A stretch of DNA of 64,000 nt from the NCBI GenBank assembly GCA_012295275.1, contig CM022669.1, positions 3,534,001 to 3,598,000 of the forward strand, given 5' to 3'. Within the stretch, counting starts at the first letter, position 1; each line of letters opens with the position of its first letter. Source of the DNA: Chrysomallon squamiferum. Its lineage: Eukaryota > Animalia > Mollusca. The notes beneath the pieces were generated by a model, which was not told the origin of the DNA, did not search any database, and saw only the letters and a list, made by a program, of their open reading frames with translations. Both the position numbers and the translations under genes were made by a program. Of the stretch, positions 55,548 to 64,000 are shown piece by piece.

Positions 55548-56074
55548 CAGAAGCATCAACAGTATTTGTTCCAGTACTATCTGATGTGAAAAAAAAAAAA
55601 AAATCTGTTTCTTGTTACAGTTTTGCTTCCTAAGGATAAAACGTTTAAAAAAGCTTTTTAAAATAAGGTTACCTAAATATGTCAGAGTGAACGTAATTAA
55701 CTCACATTTTACTCAAGCTAATGACTTCAGTAAATTTTCTTTTTTCTAAAACTAGTGCCAAAGATTTCCTTTCATTCTGAAATTACTGCTTAAATAACAT
55801 CTCCAACAATTAGTGTTTTATCAATGAAGCTGATTATAACGTGTGACTTTCACATAGCTGTATTAGCAACACGTCAGTTGCTCCTAATACATAACTGTCA
55901 AGTCATTAAGATATTTTGCAAGACTGAGTAAATAAACAACATAAAAAAATAAAAAAATAAAAAAGAATTAAGAATTAAAAATCTCTGATTAAACGCAGAA
56001 AATGGTTGCTGGTTGTCTATTTCTCTGGACGTTAAGTACAGATGTTATCATTTTTTCTTTCTTTTTTTTTCTCT

Positions 56075-56109
<35 letters not shown>

Positions 56110-56369
56110 ATGCTTTCCTTCGATTGAGAGATAGCTCGAAAGCGAAATAGAGGGGCAAATGAACTGATTCGATATAATTAGAATTTTATTTTATGAAGGT
56201 GAAAAGTTTTGGTCCTTGTTTTTGACGGTTAACCGGCAAGAGTTGGTATATCGAATAATTGAAAAATAATTTCATTCTGATATATTACGAAATGATTTTC
56301 CGTCAAGTTATATACAACACACACACAGACAATACACACAAACACACACACATACATACACACATATAT

Positions 56370-56418
<49 letters not shown>

Positions 56419-56804
56419 TACACACATACACTCATACACAGACACACACACAAACAAACACACACACACACACACACACACTCATCAGATCTTTTGAAAC
56501 TGAAATAAAAGATACAGTTAATCGTGGTTCTTAATCCAAAAACAACCAGATGGATGGTGTACTTTGAATCATTCCGGATCTGCAAAATTTATGGCAGCCC
56601 ATGTGTTTATATCAAAGAATTTCTCCAAAATGCAAACCGCCCCCCGGGCCAAATTAATGTACACTTACCATAATAAAAACCTGTTTATCCGCCTTCAGTA
56701 TCAAACCGTGGCTAAATTCAAACACAATAAACCTATATTCATTTAATAAACCTCTTAGTTGATAAATATTAAACGACGATATTAATCAACACCTCTTTAA
56801 TTAA

Positions 56805-56966
<162 letters not shown>

Positions 56967-57452
56967 TATACACACACTATATATACATACATACATACAT
57001 ACATATGTACATACATACACACAGACACACAGAGATCCATACATCATAAATAGTTAAATAATTTGTATTTGTTATTGACGTCAAGTAAAATTAAAGTTGA
57101 TTTATTAATGTCTTTTTCTTCAGAGTTTTCGATTCATTAATTAACTTTCGTTTCGAACGCCTCTTGTATGGCTATTAATTAAAGCTACTGTCCTAGACTG
57201 AATCCTGCGAAAATATATAGGTGGGCAACTCGACCTTTGCTCGAAGATGCAAATCTGTGTTATAAAATGTAAAAGTGTAAATATAGATATTAATTATACT
57301 GGAACAGTGCTGTGGGCCTTATCAGACAGATGGGAAATCACATTTATAGAAACTCCCAGAGGCTTTGGTATCTTTTAGCTTCAGAAAAACAAACTATTAC
57401 AAGAGAGAAAACAGGCAAAAATCTGGAGGAAAAACTTTACTGTTATGTTATA

Positions 57453-57559
<107 letters not shown>

Positions 57560-58251
57560 TAATAAAAAAATAAATTATGGTAAAAGATTTTTTTGGTCAA
57601 AATTCGTGTTAAAATAATAATAATAATAAATAGTAAAACTGAATAACTCTTTGCCTTAAAATAAAATTAAATCAAATCACGTCTAATTTCAGAAAATATT
57701 ACTGGAGTCTAACATAAACCAGCAGACAGACCTAAAAAGACATATTTAATCCACAAAAAAAACGTTAACGAATAACAAAACAGAGTGAACATGCACGCTC
57801 TATGCATCTTGCAGAATTCATGAATAATGACTGTTCACATAAACAGTGGATTATCTTGCACCACGTCAGCAACGTTTTCTGTCACCTCGCTGATGTGTGC
57901 TGGTTCAGTCATGATTGAAGAAGAAGTAGGGATACACCATAACGACGTAATTTTCATGGATTTCCCTAGCGGCAGAGGTTAAGTGGTTTGAAAAAGATCG
58001 AGCAAAAAAGATCGATATTTTTGTTTTCGAGTTGCGCGGAAAATACCCGCGTTTATACCCGCGCAGTTAGAAAACGTTCAGTGATAATGAGACAAACATT
58101 CTGAAAACAATATTTATTTTTATTATTTTTTTTTTTTTTATAGTATCAGATAAAATAACAAATACTAACTAATAATAATAACAAATAATAATACTAATAA
58201 TAATAAATATAATAATAATAATAATAAATATAAATAATAATAATAATAATA

Positions 58252-58305
<54 letters not shown>

Positions 58306-58439
58306 AATAAAATTAAATGAAATAAAATAATATCCTCCCACAAATCCCGAAATTAGATGAAATTTACAACCAAGGCGTTTGAAGTAAAATTACTGCGTTT
58401 ATTTACCTAACCCAATTAGTCTGACAGAAATGCCACAAT

Positions 58440-58490
<51 letters not shown>

Positions 58491-58584
58491 AAAAAGAAAT
58501 CAGAAATCAGAAAAATTAAGGAAAGAAATTAGTTTCAGTCAAAATTAGTTGATATTTTAAAAATAATAATAATAATAATAATAA

Positions 58585-58615
<31 letters not shown>

Positions 58616-58713
58616 AAGAAGAAGAAGAAAAAGAAGAAGAAGAAGAATGCTACAACACCGTCATACACGGCCGCCTAAACATAAGAGGAAGGGGAGCTTT
58701 ACCATTTGTTGTA

Positions 58714-58765
<52 letters not shown>

Positions 58766-59064
58766 GTATTATTTTTTTAAATTATTAATGATCAATCTAG
58801 AGTTGTGTACAATTCATGAAAGATAATCCACGAATCTGCGAGTTAATTATTTATCACGAATCCATACTTTCTAAAGCATTTCTCAGCTTATTCCATTACT
58901 CGAAAAAATAGCTGTTCTTTGCATGTTCTCATTTGTAAAATATCTTTGCCAATTGCTATGGATTCTCAGAATAATAACATTAAATTATGAAATTGACCAA
59001 ACCATAGATGACTATATATATATTTTTTTTAAAAAAAAAAAAAAAAGAAAGAAGAAAAAAAAGG

Positions 59065-59109
<45 letters not shown>

Positions 59110-59440
59110 TTACGATGCAACCATTACATATGACGCAATTACAGTAATCACCAGTAACACAATAGTGTGACGTCATTAACAATGGATTGAATTCAGATGG
59201 TGTGCAAATGATTAATTTATTATTATTGTGGTTGCTTTATCATTGAAGCTTATGGATGAGTCCATATTAATTAGGTAAAGTATTCTTCTTCTTTTTATTT
59301 ATTTAATGTACTTATTTAATATTAAATATATTTTTTCTATGTTTTTTGTCTTCTTCTTCTTCTTATTGTTATTACTTTGTGTTGTATCAGTATTTGTTGA
59401 AAGCATCTTTATTTTAATTGATCTTATATATAAGGACTTT

Positions 59441-59498
<58 letters not shown>

Positions 59499-60864
59499 TG
59501 CAATACTAAATGATAAAGACAGTTTCAACAACAATACTACTACTACTAACCATAATAATGACAACAACAGCAGTAACAACGAGAATAACAGTGGTAGTAA
59601 AAATAATGTTTGATATAGTAGTAGTAAATGAATGATCTGTAAAATTTACTTAATTAAGTAAAATAACTATTTATTAGAAAGATCGACTACAACAATATAG
59701 CAGTCGCCATTAATATCTACTAATCTATCGTTATAACGTCATAGTATTTTAATTGTTTTTTTTTTGTTGTTTTTTTTCCCCACCAAGACACATGCTGAAA
59801 GAGTTCACTGATAAGATACGCCGTGCTATCAGTCTTGTCGATACTCGAGTTATTTATGTCGGATTTGATTTATTATTTTCTTATAATTTTTATCAATTTT
59901 AAATTCAGACCGTTAATGGTATTATGCCATAATTATGTATATAAAAACACTTCTGACGAGAATTCTATTTTCAGAATGACGTGGGTTAAGCAGAACTGTG
60001 CACTGTAATGTGTAGATTTATTGTTTCGTTAATTATATTTTCATTTTGTTTTTATTATTATTATACTTATTAACACTCGGTGCTATTAAAACGTGTCAGT
60101 TTTATTAAAATTTAGAGTTACACATATGTCTGCTAGGTGTTTGTAATATTAAGGCCAATCTGACTCAGGTTTCGTAGTGAAGGAATATATATATAAGTTT
60201 GATGGTTTCAATGACCAGTGATTCGCGTAAATCCACTGGACTATTTTTCTGTTCTAGATGTTAAAAAGAGCAGACGTGTCCAAAGATCCTATTAAGTTCT
60301 CCTTAACTGAAACCGGATTCAGAAGAGAAAGAAACACTTGATGTCCACCCCATCCTATTATTTATTTATTTATTTATTTATTTATTGTGTTTGTTTGTTT
60401 GTTTGTTTATTTAGTTATTTATTATTTATTATTTCGTTTCTTTGTATATTCATGTATTTATTTACTTGTTTATTACTTTTTATTTGTTTGTTTATTTGTT
60501 CATCGTTTTTTTTTTAAACAGGTTTCATTTTGGAAGTTATATCTTCTGTTAGAAAATAATGGATTCCCCCCCTCCTTTTCGTTTAAACGTGGAGAGTGCT
60601 CCCGTTGAGAAAAACATAATGAATTATTGCAAGTAGATGTAATAACTGTCGTGTTATATTACAAACATAATTACATGAATGCCACACATTTCATAGTTTC
60701 CCACATAGCTGCTTGTTTCCGTTTGTCAGCCCTGGAATTAAATTTAATATAAGAGAGGTGATAAATGTGATGTTTCGTTTGAAATCCATGTTTTATTTTA
60801 AACAATAATGATAATAATAATAATCTACAACAATGTTCTATGTGTATGGTTGTATTTATGGACG

Positions 60865-60942
60865 TATGTATGTATGTATGTATGTATGTATGTATGTATG
60901 TATGTATGTATGTATATGTATGTATGTATGTTTGTATGTATG

Positions 60943-60976
<34 letters not shown>

Positions 60977-60985
60977 TGTATGTAT
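60865..60985. repeat. (GTAT)n tetranucleotide microsatellite
   Basis: Direct run. Confidence 0.9.
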
Positions 60986-61773
60986 ATATATATGTGTGTA
61001 GGTGTATGTATGTCTTTATGTATGTACTTGTGTATATTTATGACGTGTCATGTAAATATACATAACAAAATAACAAATCCGCAAATGACTTTCTCTGTCT
61101 AAAAAAAAAAGTAAAAAGAAGTAAAATAAAAGAAACACTCAGTAAGTCAATAAACAAACGAATCAATAAATGTAGTAGCCTATCAACACGTATTCTTGTG
61201 TTAACTGGCGCAATTTGGCGGACTCTAACATTTCTTGTCCTGGGACGTGCTTTGTCGCTTTTCCCACCCACCTCATCTAATTACACAATAAAGCAATCCC
61301 AACAGACCCGGCGCGGGGAATTAGGTTTCTGCCCACTTTATCTGATTTTCAGTGTTAACGAGACCACGTGGATGATTCCTAATCTCATATGAAGGGGCCT
61401 AAGCAAGTTCTGATTATGGTAATTGTTACACTTACTGCAGTTCATGTTATATAAATATTTATGAATTTTATCAAATTTCAAGAATTCAAATTCAGATTTA
61501 ATTTCCCCAAACACTGTGCTAACATTTCATTGTACTTATTTTCTTACACGTTCACTACATCATTAATGTGTGACATAATAGCAGTAAAGTAAATTCTCGT
61601 GTAAAATGTATTTAACTGGTGATGTTTGTTTCAGAAGCGCGTATATGGTTCTAATCTAAAGGTAGCAGTAGAGTAACAAGGGGCACTAGGTCCTGTGATG
61701 TAAGTAGGAGTATGGAGAAGTATTGCAATAAGATCACAAACTGTAAACTAAATATGATTTCGTAAAAAAAAAC

Positions 61774-61817
<44 letters not shown>

Positions 61818-64000
61818 CACACGTCCTGTAACTGGTAAAATGGGCAAGTCTAGGTAAAAGTGACATACACTGCTAATAACCGAGTAGTCGGACATGCAAA
61901 CAATTCTCTTAATTTATTTGAATAGAGTTTCATGTTTTCAACTAACTCTTATCCAGTTACCCATATAACCTAATACTTCAAACACATGATCATCACTTGA
62001 TGTAATCGTTTTTTTAATTCATATTTAATATTTTAAATCATATGGGACGATTGTTTGAAGAGAAATCAAAACTATTTAGGTATAATTAAAAAGGTGACGT
62101 TAATTATTAATTTTAATTTCTGTTCTAATTTTGTTATTACGTATCTGTAATACATTCTTTCTGTATTGTAATCCTACAGTTTATAAGAATAAAATTATTG
62201 TCGTTGTCACTATCAATGAGGAACAAGTTCAGTTGTTAATCAAGGCAAACAATGTGTTGGTTGTAGAAATCTGGAAGCTGGAAGGGGTCGTCTCATAGCG
62301 CAACAGAAGTGCAAGTTTATCATCCTGTTTTGAGGTTTTGAACTATTTACACGATATACCTTTGTCTGACATCGGCCGCATCTAGGTGTTTGTAGGAATT
62401 TGAACTCTAACTGTGCATTTTTTGTTTCAAAGGTGATCAGGACAAGTGGCCTAGATCAACTTTTTAATAAATTTATAATGGAAGGTAATTGAGATAAGTT
62501 AATTAATAGTACTCAACATTTTAAAGTTTTATAGTCTCGTTACTCATTAAAGTCTTTAAAGATCGTTCAGTCACCTTACATTCTTGTAAACAGGGTTCCT
62601 GTTCTAGAGGTTAATCCTCTGAGTAAAAACAGCTTATAAAGTGTACATTATTTAAGACTAGACCATTCGACACCACGCAAATATCACAGTAATGCGACCT
62701 ATGTCTCTCGGTCTTGGGCAGATTTCTCTAGCGAAAGGCACACGAAAGATTTGCTTGAATAGTTTTCTGATGGACAAATGCTACAAATTTCCCCTACCCA
62801 TGTCAGCAGTGCCTATTGACTGGTTTATATAAATTCTTGGATTATTTCTGCCTGAGGGAAGGTGGATATAAGAGCTTCCTTGCTGCTAATATAATTCCTT
62901 CTATGCTATCATCATTATAAATAAAGATCGTGGTAAAAATCGTATTAGTTAGTTACAAAATGTATGCAGTAAACATTACTTGAGTTTTGACCGCTTTATC
63001 CACTTTTTTCTTTCCGGTTGATTTATTTCTGATGACGTCAATGACAAAACAAACATGTTAATTTCACATTAGAAAATAACGATGTGGCGTTACAGAAGAG
63101 AGCCCATAATGAACGTCATTTGAAAAACTTGCGATACGCCAGTAGATACACAGCGTATCATGGGATTGCTTTGTAGCTTTTATCGCAATGGATGAATGAA
63201 TGCTTAACAGAAACCGACGGAACAAAGGAAACATTGGTTATTGGGTGTGAATTTACATCAATAAAAACCAAGAAATCAATGGTCAGCCAAAGAAATCTAG
63301 AACATAGCATCGCAATAATGTGCAAATAAATACAACACCTTGTAAAGGACGGGTCCAAGATTTCTGGAAAAAAAGGGGATAATTTGTCATCCTTTTAATG
63401 GTTAAGAATTTGAAAACGAAATGAGTTTCCATCATAAAAGGAAAAGCAGAAAAAGAAAAAAAAAGCAGTCTTTAGTTGGGAGAAAATTAAAAATTAAATC
63501 CTCAATAAATGACTTCAGTCTCGACAATATTCCAAATGATTCATGCATCTATGAATGTAGGTTTATGAAAAATAATCAACGTTAAGCTTAATGGTGTGAC
63601 GTCAGTACTTTGGATTAATATGTCAGGGCGTATTTTGAGTATTGCAGCCATACCAAAGGCTAGTTGCTTATTCGAAGAAATCTTAAGAAAATCGGTAAGG
63701 TTAACGTGCCATTATATAGCAGTGGCGCATCCAGGATTATTGAAAAATTGGTCTCTTTGTTATGTTGAATACACCTTTCAAAATGAAATTAATTTTTTAG
63801 GACAAGCAGAAGAAGAAGAAGAAGAAGAAGAAGAAGAAGAAAAAGGATTATGATAATGATGATGATGGTAATGATGATGTTATGATGACGATGATGATGA
63901 TGATGACGACGATGATAATGATGAAGAAAAATAAGAAAAATTATAAACATACATGGAAACTGTTGGTGCACTCTCTGTTCTCTGGAATCGCACACTCTAT

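Overview
This window is eukaryotic (animal) genomic DNA: AT-rich, dense in microsatellites, with spliced genes. The proteins and repeat landscape suggest a lophotrochozoan, most likely a coleoid cephalopod (inference). I reconstructed five genes by hand from splice sites and reading-frame phase. They are the last two coding exons of a Wnt, probably WntA (+, 1-1404); USE1 (-, 6 exons, 9983-15047, 236 aa); a head-to-head TEX45/SAXO5-like axonemal microtubule inner protein (+, 7 coding exons, 16053-21461, 472 aa); NDUFA13/GRIM-19 (-, 4 exons, 25525-27402, 150 aa, probable GC-AG first intron); and an HCN/Ih channel (-, 8 visible exons, 33119-50272, with 5' exons beyond the window). The most unusual non-coding signals are: tandem arrays built from copies of HCN exon ends plus their 5' splice sites (about 17 copies at 49430-50135, 3-4 copies at 36920-37400); five perfect CRE palindromes in the CpG-retaining large HCN intron; a sharp CpG-rich/CpG-poor domain structure; and several local and dispersed duplications. 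Most listed ORFs are microsatellite artefacts. No prokaryotic-type system (CRISPR, operon, IS) is present.
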